Of a DNA stretch of 64,000 nucleotides, positions 1 to 9,983 are shown in pieces. Where the stretch lies: contig CAWJET010000001.1 in assembly GCA_963842085.1 (NCBI GenBank), positions 2,624,001 through 2,688,000 on the forward strand. The letters run 5' to 3'. The position numbers were made by a program, and so were the translations under genes. The DNA is from an uncultured delta proteobacterium. Its GTDB lineage: Bacteria; Desulfobacterota; Binatia; Binatales; Binataceae. Each line of letters opens with the position of its first letter. The stretch's first letter is position 1. The notes under the pieces were generated by a model. That model did no database searches, had not been told where the DNA came from, and saw only the letters and a list, made by a program, of their open reading frames with translations.

Positions 1-737
1 CGCTCCGCGTCGGTCGCGTCGATAAATTTGCATTGAGTCTTCGGCGTCGCGACAACGCGAACCTCCTGCACCCACGTCGGCGAGCCCGCGAGTCCGAATT
101 CTTTCGCATCGGGACTGAGTTCCGCCGCGCGCAAGGATTGGATCGGCTTGGTCTGCGCTTCGTCGGAAGCGCCCGGCTTGACCTTGACGGGCTGCGCGAT
201 GCGCTCGGCGCAAGTGATCACCGCGGGCATCTGCGCCTCGACTTCATCGAATCCTTCGTCGCTCTCCCGCTCGGCGCGGAGCGTGCGGCCGTCGATGTCC
301 AGCTTGCGCGCGCCGGTTATCTGCGCGGCGCCGATCAATTCCGCGATTTCGGGGCCGACCTGCCCCGTCTCCGCGTCGAGGGAGTACTTGCCCAGCAAGA
401 TGAGATCGAAGTTTCCGCGCGCCAGCCAAATTGCGAGCGCACGCGCGGTCGCGAGCGTATCCGCTCCCGCGAACGCACGATCTTCCAGGTGGGTCGCGCG
501 GTCCATTCCCATCGCGAGCGCATCCACCAGCACGCCGCGCGCCTGCGGCGGTCCCATCGTGACCACGGTAGTCTCGGCGCCGTGGCGATTTTTCAGCTCG
601 ACGGCGAGCGAGATCGCGCGCAGGTCGAATGCGCTGATCACGTTGGGGCCGTCGCGCTTGATCGTTCTGGTCGCGGCGTCGAAGTTGGCTTCCTCGATCA
701 GCGGTATCTGCTTGATGCAAACGGCAATCTTGAGCAC
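1..737 (-). CDS. etfB: Electron transfer flavoprotein beta subunit (3' end beyond window; possibly fused to alpha)
   Basis: Not in ORF track. Manual translation from GTG at 737: MLKIAVCIKQIPLIEEANFD...VVTMGPPQA...ALAMGMDRA...FAGADTLATARALA...DAETGQVGPEIA; open to the window edge. Confidence 0.9.
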   Translation of the reverse strand, partial: MLKIAVCIKQIPLIEEANFDAATRTIKRDGPNVISAFDLRAISLAVELKNRHGAETTVVTMGPPQARGVLVDALAMGMDRATHLEDRAFAGADTLATARALAIWLARGNFDLILLGKYSLDAETGQVGPEIAELIGAAQITGARKLDIDGRTLRAERESDEGFDEVEAQMPAVITCAERIAQPVKVKPGASDEAQTKPIQSLRAAELSPDAKEFGLAGSPTWVQEVRVVATPKTQCKFIDATDAE

Positions 738-842
738 TGCGAGACTCCTCGTCCCGACGAGGCTAGTTGAGCGCGTCACGGGGATGCAACAAAGCGCGAG
801 CGTGCGCTTACGGGCGCCGGTGCGATCAGGTAGTTTCGCGAT

Positions 843-1712
843 GTGGGCTCGTATCGACTCGCGGCCGCCGCCGCGCTCTGCGTGTATGCAATCGCGCTCG
901 CTGCGCCGGCGGGTGCCGCTGCTCCGATGCGAATCGTATCGCTGGCGCCGAGTGTGACGGAGACCCTGTTTGCGCTCGGCGCGGGGCGCGAGGTCGTCGG
1001 CGTTTCACAGTATTGCGACTACCCGCCGCAAGCGCGCGCGCTGCCGCGAGTTGGTACCTTTCTCACGCCGAATCTCGAGGCGATCATCGCACTCCGGCCC
1101 ACGCTGGTGGTCGGGCTTGAACTCTCATCGGACGTGCGCCAGATTCGCGCGTTGAATTCGATGGGCTATCCGGTGCTGCTGGTCAGCGACGACTCTTTGC
1201 AACAAATCGAAACCAGTATCGAGACGGTCGGCGCGCGCATCGATCGCCAGGATGAGGCGCATCGGCTCGTCGCGCACATTCGGATGGAGATCGCCGCCGT
1301 TCGGGAACGCCTCGCAAACGTCAAGCCCGAGCGTGCGCTGATGCTGGTCGGTCATCAGCCGATCGTCGCGGTGGGCGCCGGCACTTATCTCGACGAGCTC
1401 ATGCGGCTCGCGCGCGCCGACAATATCGTCAGGGACGCCGGCGAGCAGTGGCCGCATCTGAGCATGGAGTTCATCATCGCGATGCGTCCCCAGGTTATCC
1501 TGGACGGTTCGATGGGTACCGATCCCTCGGCGTCGGACGATTTCTGGAAAGGGTATCCGCAGATTCCGGCGGTGCGCGACCATCGCGTGCTCGGCTATCC
1601 GCAGGATCTCATTCTCCATTCCGGCCCGCGCGTGGGGCAGTCGCTCGAGCTGATCGCGCGCATGATTCATCCCGAGGCATGGCCACGCGCCGCCGCCGGT
1701 GCCGGTAAGTGA
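843..1712 (+). CDS. BtuF-like cobalamin/heme/siderophore ABC substrate-binding protein
   Basis: Signal peptide; RIVSLAPSVTETLFALG, PNLEAIIALRP, GPRV motifs. Confidence 0.88.
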   Translation: MGSYRLAAAAALCVYAIALAAPAGAAAPMRIVSLAPSVTETLFALGAGREVVGVSQYCDYPPQARALPRVGTFLTPNLEAIIALRPTLVVGLELSSDVRQIRALNSMGYPVLLVSDDSLQQIETSIETVGARIDRQDEAHRLVAHIRMEIAAVRERLANVKPERALMLVGHQPIVAVGAGTYLDELMRLARADNIVRDAGEQWPHLSMEFIIAMRPQVILDGSMGTDPSASDDFWKGYPQIPAVRDHRVLGYPQDLILHSGPRVGQSLELIARMIHPEAWPRAAAGAGK

Positions 1713-2746
1713 ACGCGCCGGCGCGCAATCCGGTGGCGGCGGCGCACCTGACGCGCACCCGCTTGCTCTCGATACTGGCCGCGCTCGCAATTCTGCTGGT
1801 CGTTTGCGCGCTCGCCGGCGCGTTGTTTGGCAGCGCGCATATCAGCCTCACGCGCGCGTTTTCCGATCCCGACAGTCCCGATCACGCAATTTTCTTCGCC
1901 GCCCGTCTGCCGCGCGTCCTGATGGGTGTGATCGTTGGTGCGATACTGGCAGCGGTCGGAACGGCTCTGCAAGCGCTCGTGCGCAACCCGTTGGCCGAGG
2001 GCGGCATCCTCGGGATCTCCGGCGGCGGCGCGCTCGGCGCGATCCTCGCGCTCGTAATGTCCGCGAAACTCGGCGGCGGCGAGGCGGCCGTCCCGCTCTG
2101 CGCATTCGGCGCGGCGCTGCTCTCGACCGTCGCGGTTTACCGGCTCGCGATGGTTGACGGCCAGCTCGAGCCGTTCACGCTGCTGCTGGTCGGCGTGATC
2201 TTCAACGCGTTCTGGGGCGCGGCCATCATGCTCGTGAATAGTGTCGTCAACTTCTACTACGCGCACAGCATCCTGTTCTGGCTGATGGGCAGCCTCGAGG
2301 CGCCGACCTACGGCGAAGTTGCGATGGTCGCGATTTTGGGACTGGCGGGATTCGCAGTCCTGATGTATCGCGCGCGCGACCTCAACCTGCTGAGCCTCGG
2401 CGACGAGTCGGCGGCCGAACTTGGCGTCGACGTGGACCGCCTTCGGCGCATCATCTTCGTCGCGACTTCGGTCATGATCGGCGCCGCGGTCTCCGTCAGC
2501 GGAATCATTTCGTTCGTCGGACTAATCGTTCCGCATACCTTGCGCCTGGTGTTCGGCGCCGATCATCGGCTCCTGCTGCCCGCGTCGCTGATCGGCGGCG
2601 CCTCGTTCATGGTCGCAGCGGACTTGCTCGCGCGGGTCGCGATCGCGCCGGCCGAGATTCCCGTCGGCGCGATCACCGCGCTATGCGGCGGCCCGTTCTT
2701 CATCTACATGCTGCGCCGCGAAGGCCGGAGACCGCTTTCGCTATGA
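1709..2746 (+). CDS. FecCD/BtuC-family ABC permease
   Basis: RLPR, QALVRNPLA, GDESAAELGVD, ISFVGLIVPH, EIPVG motifs. Confidence 0.92.
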   Translation: MNAPARNPVAAAHLTRTRLLSILAALAILLVVCALAGALFGSAHISLTRAFSDPDSPDHAIFFAARLPRVLMGVIVGAILAAVGTALQALVRNPLAEGGILGISGGGALGAILALVMSAKLGGGEAAVPLCAFGAALLSTVAVYRLAMVDGQLEPFTLLLVGVIFNAFWGAAIMLVNSVVNFYYAHSILFWLMGSLEAPTYGEVAMVAILGLAGFAVLMYRARDLNLLSLGDESAAELGVDVDRLRRIIFVATSVMIGAAVSVSGIISFVGLIVPHTLRLVFGADHRLLLPASLIGGASFMVAADLLARVAIAPAEIPVGAITALCGGPFFIYMLRREGRRPLSL

Positions 2747-3561
2747 CGACACAATCGCGCGACACCGAGGCCGCCATGCGTGCGACCGCGATTCATGCCG
2801 GATATCCCGGGGTGCCCGTCCTGCACGGCGTCTCGATCGAAGTGGCGGCCGGCGAAATGCTTGCGATCGTGGGGCCCAACGGCGCCGGCAAGTCCACGTT
2901 GCTCAAGGTCATGGGCGGCTCGATTAAGCCGGGCGCGGGCAGCGTCGAACTGTTCGGCCGTTCGCTCGATTCGATCGATCGCCGCGAGTTCGCGCGAACT
3001 GTTGCATCCGTCGGCCAGGAAAACGCGGTCGCGTTCCGCTTCACGGTCCTTGAGATCGTGCTGATGGGACGCGCGCCGCATCTCGGCGCCTTCCGCTTCG
3101 AGAGTCCGCACGACCTGGAGATCGCGTCCGCTGCGCTTGCTCGCTTCGACCTGCTCGATCTCGCAGCCCGCCACGTGCAGGAGCTGTCTGGTGGCGAGCG
3201 CAAGCGCGTGTTCCTGGCCCGCGCGCTGGCACAGGAACCGAAGATTGCGCTGCTCGACGAGCCGACCGCGTTCCTCGACCTTAAGCACGTCGCCGAAATT
3301 TTCACGCGCTTTCGCGAGCTGTGCACCGAGCGCGGCATGGCCGTAATTGCGACGCTCCACGATCTCAATGCCGCCGCGCTTTATGCCGATCGCGTGTTGC
3401 TGCTCGCCGACGGCGCCGCGGTCGCGTATGGAACTCCCGCCGAAGTTCTGACCGTCGAGAATCTGCGCCGCGTTTACGAGACCGACGTGTACGTCGGCCG
3501 CAATCCCTCGACCGGTGCGCTGATAATTCTGCCCGCGGCACTTCCCAATGTTCGCGCCTAG
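2743..3561 (+). CDS. FecE/BtuD/HmuV-like ABC ATP-binding protein
   Basis: GPNGAGKST, LSGGE, LLDEPT, HDLN; ATGA overlap with the permease stop. Confidence 0.92.
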   Translation: MTTQSRDTEAAMRATAIHAGYPGVPVLHGVSIEVAAGEMLAIVGPNGAGKSTLLKVMGGSIKPGAGSVELFGRSLDSIDRREFARTVASVGQENAVAFRFTVLEIVLMGRAPHLGAFRFESPHDLEIASAALARFDLLDLAARHVQELSGGERKRVFLARALAQEPKIALLDEPTAFLDLKHVAEIFTRFRELCTERGMAVIATLHDLNAAALYADRVLLLADGAAVAYGTPAEVLTVENLRRVYETDVYVGRNPSTGALIILPAALPNVRA

Positions 3562-3585
3562 CCGCGCGATGCTAGTGTGCCTGAT

Positions 3586-3609
3586 TACGGCGTTGTACGG
3601 ACGCCGTAC
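3586..3609. promoter_or_regulatory. Putative antitoxin operator (nested inverted repeats)
   Basis: GTACGG-acg-CCGTAC (3595-3609) and TACGGCGT...ACGCCGTA (3586-3608) just upstream of an RHH antitoxin. Confidence 0.6.
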
Positions 3610-3657
3610 GTGCGCTAGATTCCAAGACCCCAACTAGGAGAAGAATGAGGCCGAGCG

Positions 3658-3930
3658 ATGGCAACCGCAGCTACTCGAAGCGATCGGATCGAACTACGCG
3701 CTACCCGCGAGGAAAAGCAGCTCATTTCTGAGGCAGCGGCGTGTGAGCAGCTCGACATCACGCGGTTCATTATGCGCAACGTCCTTCCGGTGGCGCGCGC
3801 CGTAGTGGAGCGATCCGAGCGCATCGTGCTTTCGGAGCGTGATTCGAAGCGCGTGCTCCAATTGTTGAAGAAACCACCGAAGCCCACGGCAGCGCTGATC
3901 GCCGCAGCCAGGCGGCTGGCGAAAGCGTGA
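3658..3930 (+). CDS. DUF1778-family (TacA/AtaR-like) antitoxin
   Basis: RIELRATREEKQLISEAAA...IVLSERD...LLKKPPKPTAAL; overlaps the GNAT gene. Confidence 0.88.
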   Translation: MATAATRSDRIELRATREEKQLISEAAACEQLDITRFIMRNVLPVARAVVERSERIVLSERDSKRVLQLLKKPPKPTAALIAAARRLAKA

Positions 3931-4451
3931 GCGGTAGAATCGTCTGGCGTGAGCAAGCAATCAGCCGCCGCCACGATCGCAGGAATTTCGATTGTGGCTC
4001 TCAGGAACTCAACGAGTATCTACGCCGCTACGCGCGGCAAAATCACGAATCCGGCGGCGCCAAGACTTTTGTGGCGGTGTCACCGGACGACGCTGTCCGC
4101 ATCCTTGGCTATTACACGATCAGTCCGGGCGCAATTGAATTTGCGAAGATGCCCGCCGCGATAACTCGACGACTCGGCCGGTACGAAGTGCCTGTGTTCC
4201 GTCTCGCGCGGCTAGCCGTAAACCTAACGAGTCAGGGCGGCGGACTAGGCGGCGAGATCTTGCTCGCTGCCGGCAGGCGCGCGCTCTCGGTCGCTGTCGA
4301 GGTGGGCGGGGTGGCGCTTGCAATTGACGCGAAGAGCGAACGCGCGGCCGAGTGGTACGAGCGCTTCGGTGCAGTGCGGCTGCTCGATGATCCTCTGAAA
4401 CTAGTCCTGCCATTGAAGACGATCGCTGATGCGCTCGCTTCTGCGCGGTAG
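3927..4451 (+). CDS. GNAT acetyltransferase toxin (TacT/AtaT-like)
   Basis: HDRRNFDCGSQELNEYL, ILGYYT, LARLAV..QGGGLG, IDAK...WYERFG. Confidence 0.88.
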   Translation: MSGRIVWREQAISRRHDRRNFDCGSQELNEYLRRYARQNHESGGAKTFVAVSPDDAVRILGYYTISPGAIEFAKMPAAITRRLGRYEVPVFRLARLAVNLTSQGGGLGGEILLAAGRRALSVAVEVGGVALAIDAKSERAAEWYERFGAVRLLDDPLKLVLPLKTIADALASAR

Positions 4452-4497
4452 CGGCTATTCCATCATAGAAACGGTCCCAAATCCGCCCGGATCATCC

Positions 4498-4521
4498 CTG
4501 GGTGCAGGGGTCATCCCTGCC
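4498..4521. repeat. Short palindromic repeat, family B (CTGGGTGCAGGGGTCAYCCCTGCC)
   Basis: Near-identical copies at 31202-31224 and 32776-32799. Confidence 0.75.
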
Positions 4522-4562
4522 CCGATTGCCTGCCTCGGCGCGCGCCGGTACTCTGTACACGG

Positions 4563-5267
4563 ATGTCTTCTTCTTCGACTGAGTCTTTGAATCTCGTCTT
4601 CGACGCCGACGACACGCTCTGGGATTCCAATATCCATTTTCTCGAGGCGTTTGATTTCTTCGCTGCGGCCGTCGGCGACGCCGCCCTCGGCATCTCGCGC
4701 GACGAGATTCACGCCGCCGTGCGCCGCGCCGAACTCCGGCTGATCAAAACACACGGCTACGGCCGCCGGCCGTACGTGATTGCGCTGCATCAGGCGGCTG
4801 CTGACCTGGCGCCCGCAGGTCACGACGGCTTGCGCGAGGAGATCGAGCGAATCGGTGCGCATCTGCTCGAGCGCGACTGCGCGCTGCTGCCCGACGTCGA
4901 GCCGACCCTGCACGAGCTTTCGCAGCGTCACCGGCTCCTGATCTTCACCAAGGGCCAGCGCGACGAACAGTTGCAAAAGCTCGCGCGTTCCGGACTCGGG
5001 CCACTGTTCGATCGTGTCGAGACGCCCCGCGAGAAGGACGTCGACGCCTATCGACGCCTGGTGCGCGACGCCGACCTCGATCCGTCGCTGACTTTCATGA
5101 TCGGGAACAGTCCGCGCTCGGACATCAATCCGGCCGTTGCCGCCGGTTTGCGCGCCGTTTTCATTCCGCATCCGCACACCTGGGAACTCGAGCACGAGGA
5201 AATCAATCAAGCCGGCGACCGGATTATCGAACTGACCTCCTTTCGCCGCCTGGTCGAAGTATTCTAG
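4563..5267 (+). CDS. HAD-superfamily hydrolase
   Basis: FDADDTLW motif I, TKG, MIGNSPRSDI. Confidence 0.88.
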   Translation: MSSSSTESLNLVFDADDTLWDSNIHFLEAFDFFAAAVGDAALGISRDEIHAAVRRAELRLIKTHGYGRRPYVIALHQAAADLAPAGHDGLREEIERIGAHLLERDCALLPDVEPTLHELSQRHRLLIFTKGQRDEQLQKLARSGLGPLFDRVETPREKDVDAYRRLVRDADLDPSLTFMIGNSPRSDINPAVAAGLRAVFIPHPHTWELEHEEINQAGDRIIELTSFRRLVEVF

Positions 5268-5280
5268 TATCCATATTCCG

Positions 5281-6273
5281 ATGCCCACTGCCGAATTAAT
5301 CGACGACTTGCCGCCGAGCAAGCCGCATGCTGCCGCCGCCGGCCGCGCCACGACCAAGCCTCCTCCCTTGGCGCTGCGCCCGCTGCATCGGATGTGGCGG
5401 CACACGATCGACGACATTCACGTGACCGAAGTCGATCTGCCGGTGCGCGGATTGCCCGATGCTTTGCGCGGACTCGTCGCCTGCCAGATAAGCGACTTCC
5501 ACGTCGATCGCGACGAGGATCTCGAACGCCTGGGGTTCGCCGTCGAAGCCATCAACCAACAGTCTCCCGACCTCGTCTTTCTTACCGGCGATTACTTTTC
5601 CGGCCCCGACACGATGCATCGTTATCTCGGCGCGTTTCGCGACGCGTTGAAAAACCTGCGCCCGCACGCTGGCCTGTTCGCGATCCTGGGTAATCACGAT
5701 CACTGGTCGTCGGCCGAGCGGATCACCGATTCGCTCAAGCGTGCCGGCGCCGACGTGCTCGCCAACGACAGCCGCCGCGTCATCGTTCGCAACGAGCAGC
5801 TCGTGGTCGTCGGCATTGACGATCTGTGGTCGCGCCGCGCCGAGCCTGCGCGCGCATTTGGCGACGTCAATCGCGACGACTGCACGATCGTCCTCGCGCA
5901 CAACCCCGACACTGCGCTCTACACGCGCCATCTGAAGCCGGGCGTGATGCTCTCCGGCCACACGCACGGCGGCGTCGTGCGAATTCCGTTTTACGGTTCG
6001 CCGCTCAAATCGATCCTGCGCATCGGCAAGGAATTTTACTCGGGCCTGAATCGTTACGAGGATTTTTACATCTATACCAATCGCGGCCTGGGCACGTTCT
6101 GGCTCCGCATCCGCATCAACTGCCCGCCCGAAGTCTCGCGCTTCTCGCTGACCCCGCTAATCGAAGCAGCTCCCGCCGAGAAACCAACTGCGAAACTGCA
6201 TCCGTTGAAGCGCGTCCGCCGGCGCCGCACCCAGCGTCCCGTCACTCATCGAACGCATCGCAAGCAACGCTAG
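5281..6273 (+). CDS. Calcineurin-like metallophosphoesterase (YkuE/YaeI type)
   Basis: SDFH, TGDY, GNHD, AHNPD, SGHTHGG, TNRGLG. Confidence 0.9.
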   Translation: MPTAELIDDLPPSKPHAAAAGRATTKPPPLALRPLHRMWRHTIDDIHVTEVDLPVRGLPDALRGLVACQISDFHVDRDEDLERLGFAVEAINQQSPDLVFLTGDYFSGPDTMHRYLGAFRDALKNLRPHAGLFAILGNHDHWSSAERITDSLKRAGADVLANDSRRVIVRNEQLVVVGIDDLWSRRAEPARAFGDVNRDDCTIVLAHNPDTALYTRHLKPGVMLSGHTHGGVVRIPFYGSPLKSILRIGKEFYSGLNRYEDFYIYTNRGLGTFWLRIRINCPPEVSRFSLTPLIEAAPAEKPTAKLHPLKRVRRRRTQRPVTHRTHRKQR

Positions 6274-6288
6274 TCCCGGGCCGCGACG

Positions 6289-7671
6289 GTGCTCGATCTC
6301 GCGATTGTCGGCGCAACCGTAGTAACGCCCTTCGGCGTGGCGCCCGCCGACGTTGGCGTGGTCGCCGGGAAGATCGCGCACGTCGCACCGCCGGCGGCGC
6401 TCCAATCAGCCCATCGCACCATCGACGCGCGCGGGATGCTCCTCATTCCGGGCGCCGTCGATCCGCATACGCATCTCGACGCCGAGATGTTCTCGATGCA
6501 CACCATCGACGACTTCGAGTCGGGCACCGCTGCCGCGGCCGCCGGCGGCGTTACGACCATCGTCGACTACGCATTCCAGGCGCAAGGCGGCTCGCTCGCC
6601 GACGCGATCAAAAAATGGAGCGCCAAGGCGCACGGTCGCGCGATTATCGACTACGGCTTCCACGTTGCGATTCTCGATCCGTCGCCCGAGGCGATCGCTG
6701 AAATTCCGCGCGTCGTCGATCGCGGCGTCACCAGCTTCAAGATCTTCATGATGCAAGGCTTCGAGGCCCGCGCGCGCGACTACTTGCGCGCGTTCGAGGT
6801 GGCAGGTGACAGCGGCGCGTTGTTGGCGATTCACGCCGAGGACGAGCACCTGATTGGATTCTGCACCGAACGTCTGCTCGCCGCCGGCAAGCATGACGTG
6901 ACGCACTTCGCCGCCAGCCGCCCCCCGCTGTCCGAGGCTGCCGCGGTCCGCCGCGCGCTCGCGATGACCGAGTTGTCCGCCGCCCCCGCCTACTTCGTGC
7001 ACTTGTCGAGCCGCGATGCGGTCGACGAAGTGCGCTGCGCGCGGGCCCGCGGTCGCACGGTGCTCGCCGAGACCCGGCCCATCTACCTGTATCTGACGGA
7101 AGAGCGGTTCCTCGAACCCAACGGCGCGAGATACGTGGGCTATCCTCCGCTGCGCAGCGCCGAACATCGCGACGCCCTTTGGCAGGCGCTCGCGGACGGT
7201 ACCGTGGACGTCGTCGCGACCGATCATTGCAGTTGGACTCTCGAGCGCAAAATTTCCGCCGATCGCTTCACCCGGATGCCGCCCGGGATGTCCAATCTCG
7301 AAACCCTCGTGCCGATGCTCTATTCCGAGGGCGTCGCGACGGGCCGCATCTCGATTTCGCGATGGGTCGATCTGACGGCGACCAACGCCGCGAAAATTTT
7401 CGGCATATATCCGCGCAAGGGCGCGATCGTCGAAGGCGCCGACGCTGACCTCGTGGTCTTCGATCCCCATCGCAGAGTCGTGATCAGCAGCCGCGAGATG
7501 CACTCGCGCTCCGACTACGACCCGTTCGAGGGATTTGAAGTCACCGGCTGGCCGAAGATGACAATCTCGCGCGGTGCGCCAATCGTCACCGATCGCAAGG
7601 TCGATGCGCCCGCCGGACGCGGCGAGTTCATCGCGCGCGAGCGGTTCTTCCCCGGCTGGCGAAGCCGATAG
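6289..7671 (+). CDS. hydA: Dihydropyrimidinase/hydantoinase
   Basis: PGAVDPHTH, GGVTTIVD, GVTSFKIFM, IHAE, VHLS, ATDHC, GADADLVVFDP. Confidence 0.85.
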   Translation: MLDLAIVGATVVTPFGVAPADVGVVAGKIAHVAPPAALQSAHRTIDARGMLLIPGAVDPHTHLDAEMFSMHTIDDFESGTAAAAAGGVTTIVDYAFQAQGGSLADAIKKWSAKAHGRAIIDYGFHVAILDPSPEAIAEIPRVVDRGVTSFKIFMMQGFEARARDYLRAFEVAGDSGALLAIHAEDEHLIGFCTERLLAAGKHDVTHFAASRPPLSEAAAVRRALAMTELSAAPAYFVHLSSRDAVDEVRCARARGRTVLAETRPIYLYLTEERFLEPNGARYVGYPPLRSAEHRDALWQALADGTVDVVATDHCSWTLERKISADRFTRMPPGMSNLETLVPMLYSEGVATGRISISRWVDLTATNAAKIFGIYPRKGAIVEGADADLVVFDPHRRVVISSREMHSRSDYDPFEGFEVTGWPKMTISRGAPIVTDRKVDAPAGRGEFIARERFFPGWRSR

Positions 7672-7703
7672 CCTCGGCGCGGATTCAAGCTCAGAATCAA
7701 TCG

Positions 7704-8618
7704 ATGGACGCAAAAATCGTCGCTCTCGCGGGCGGCTCCGGATTCATCGGTCGCGCGATCGCGCGGCGCCTGCTCGCTTCCGGTGCAACCAGGGTGCGCG
7801 TGCTCACGCGAAATCCCGACAAGGCGCGCGCGCAGCTCGACTTGCCCGGCATCGAGTTCGTTCTCGCCGATATCGGACAGCCAGCATCGCTTGCGGATGC
7901 GCTCCGGGGCGCAAGCACGATTGTCGATGCGATCCAGTTCGACGGTTATCCCGTCGAAAATCCGCGCCGCGGCCTCACCTTCGAGCGAGTCGACTACGGC
8001 GGTGCCGTCGCGCTAATCGACGCCGCGAAGCAGGCCGGCGTGCAGCACTTCATCTACATAAGCGGCGCTGCCGCCGACGAAAACAGCGCCCATCCCGGCT
8101 TTCGCGCCAAGGGCCGCGCCGAGCGCGCGCTGCGCGAGGCGGGATTGACATACACGATCTTCCGCCCGTCGCTGGTGTACGGGCCCGAGGACAAAGTCGT
8201 GAACGGACTCGCCCGCGCGCTCCGTTTCGCGCCGGTCTTCGGCGTGCCCGGCACGGGCCGGCAGAAAGTTCAGCCAGTGCTGGTCGACGATCTCGCCGCC
8301 TGCGTCATGCTCGCGGTGTCGGGGCGCGGCCGCAACGGCACTTACGAAATCGGCGGACCCGACCTGATGACGTTCGACGAAATGATGCGGATCATCATGG
8401 ATGCGAGCGGACGCCGCCGCACGCTGTTTCATATTCCGGAAGGCGTCATGCGCGCTGTCGGCGGCCTGCTCGAAAAGCTGCCGAAGCCCCTCCTGTCGCG
8501 TGACGCGGTCACGTTTGTCACGGCTGACAACGCGTGCAACATCAAGCCGCTGCTCGATGAGTTCGGAATAAATCTCACGCCGGCCCGCGTCGGGATGGCG
8601 TATCTCGCGAAAAAATAG
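7704..8618 (+). CDS. NAD(P)-binding atypical SDR (NDUFA9-like)
   Basis: GGSGFIG Rossmann motif, TIFRPSLVYG, QPVLVDDLA, YEIGGPD. Confidence 0.85.
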   Translation: MDAKIVALAGGSGFIGRAIARRLLASGATRVRVLTRNPDKARAQLDLPGIEFVLADIGQPASLADALRGASTIVDAIQFDGYPVENPRRGLTFERVDYGGAVALIDAAKQAGVQHFIYISGAAADENSAHPGFRAKGRAERALREAGLTYTIFRPSLVYGPEDKVVNGLARALRFAPVFGVPGTGRQKVQPVLVDDLAACVMLAVSGRGRNGTYEIGGPDLMTFDEMMRIIMDASGRRRTLFHIPEGVMRAVGGLLEKLPKPLLSRDAVTFVTADNACNIKPLLDEFGINLTPARVGMAYLAKK

Positions 8619-8630
8619 CTTTCGTTGCCG

Positions 8631-9554
8631 CTACAATCGCCGCCAGCCCGAGCCTTCGTGGCCGAAATGGAAAAGCTCCGGATGCGCTATCTCGGCGAGA
8701 ATTTCCAGCGACTCGGCGATTCGCGGGCCGGGACGGTTGAAATACTGATTGCCGTCGGCCATGAAGACACGCCGCTCGCGCACCGCCTTGAGCCCTTGCC
8801 ACTCCGCACGATTCGTCAGCGCGGGCAGGTCCTGCGCCGCGCGATCCATGCTGAAGCCGCAGGGCGAAATCAGGATCGCATCCGGATCCTTGGCAGCCAG
8901 CTCGTCGAATTTCATCCACGGCGAATGCTCGCCCGCGATGCCGAACAGATTTTCTCCGCCCGCCATCTCGACCAGCGTCGGCATCCAGTTTCCCGCCGCC
9001 ATCAGCGGCTCGATCCACTCAATCGTGGCGATGCGCGGTCGTTCCGACGCGCCGCGGGCCTTGTCCGCAATCCTGAAGAGTCGCGCACGCAGCCGCTCGA
9101 CCAGTTCGGTCCCGCGCGCTCCCGCATCGAGCGCATCCGCCACCCGCTGCATGTCGGTGAAGATGTCGTCGAGGCTGTACGGCGCAAGCGAAACGATCGT
9201 CGGCCGCGCGCCGAGCCACTCGGCGACCGCGGCCTCCACCTCGCGCGCGCTGACCGCGCACACCTCGCACTGCGATTGAGTGACGATCACGTCGGGCCGA
9301 AGTTCGCGCAGCCGGGCCGCATCGACGCGATAGACCGAGAGCGCCTCGCCGACGATTTTCTTCACGCGCTCATCGATCTCCGCGCTGCTGCCTTCGGGAT
9401 TGAACTTCGCTTCGGTCAACGCGGGTACGCGCGCGACCGAGCGCGGGAAGTCGCATTCGTGCGAGCGGCCGACCAATCGATCTTCGAAACCGAGCGCGCA
9501 AACGATCTCCGTAGCGCTCGGCAGCAGTGTTGCGATTCGCGGCACCCGGTTCAC
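8631..9554 (-). CDS. Cytoplasmic cobalamin-binding/ABC SBP-like protein
   Basis: RIATLLPSATEIVCALG, GRSHECDFP, TQSQCEVCAV, YFNRPGPRI; start approximate. Confidence 0.85.
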   Translation of the reverse strand: MNRVPRIATLLPSATEIVCALGFEDRLVGRSHECDFPRSVARVPALTEAKFNPEGSSAEIDERVKKIVGEALSVYRVDAARLRELRPDVIVTQSQCEVCAVSAREVEAAVAEWLGARPTIVSLAPYSLDDIFTDMQRVADALDAGARGTELVERLRARLFRIADKARGASERPRIATIEWIEPLMAAGNWMPTLVEMAGGENLFGIAGEHSPWMKFDELAAKDPDAILISPCGFSMDRAAQDLPALTNRAEWQGLKAVRERRVFMADGNQYFNRPGPRIAESLEILAEIAHPELFHFGHEGSGWRRL

Positions 9555-9976
9555 TGCTTGATTCCCTGGCGGCTGCATTCCTTGATTTCGTCCCTGGCCA
9601 CCGCGGTATTCATCAATTTGAATCGCACATGGGCGCCAACGCCGCTGGAATCGACGTCCTCCTTGATGAAGTATTGCTCGCCGGCGCGCGCGTCAAACTT
9701 TAACTCCGCCGAAGTGTCGGTGGCGGCCACGCAGGTCACCGGCCCGCTGTCCGCGACAAACTCGTAAAAGCCGGCCGTCTCCAATTCGATGCTCTCATGC
9801 CCGCAGGTGATCATTGGGTTCGCCTGCGAACTGAGCAGGCCGTACGGCCGGTAAATGTAGATGACGCTCTGCGATGCGGGAGTCGCCCTCAGCTGATACG
9901 CTTCGCCCTGCGCGCCGCATCCGGCGAGCGTCACGCAAATTGCTGCCGCAAGTATCGCAGTCCGCGTGCGAATCAT
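9551..9976 (-). CDS. Lipoprotein, DUF2846-like
   Basis: MIRTRTAILAAAICVTLAGC lipobox; SVIYIYRP; true start lies inside the longer tracked ORF. Confidence 0.7.
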   Translation of the reverse strand: MIRTRTAILAAAICVTLAGCGAQGEAYQLRATPASQSVIYIYRPYGLLSSQANPMITCGHESIELETAGFYEFVADSGPVTCVAATDTSAELKFDARAGEQYFIKEDVDSSGVGAHVRFKLMNTAVARDEIKECSRQGIKQ

Positions 9977-9983
9977 TCCTTGC

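Noticed and set aside
738-842. Cobalamin riboswitch upstream of the Btu-like ABC operon
   Set aside because: The gap is only ~105 bp and no B12-box was recognised.
33-957. Long plus-strand ORFs, and similar antisense/alternate-frame ORFs throughout (e.g. 38712-40259, 43209-44897, 57810-59624)
   Set aside because: Shadow ORFs of real genes, expected at high GC; here the real gene is etfB on the minus strand.
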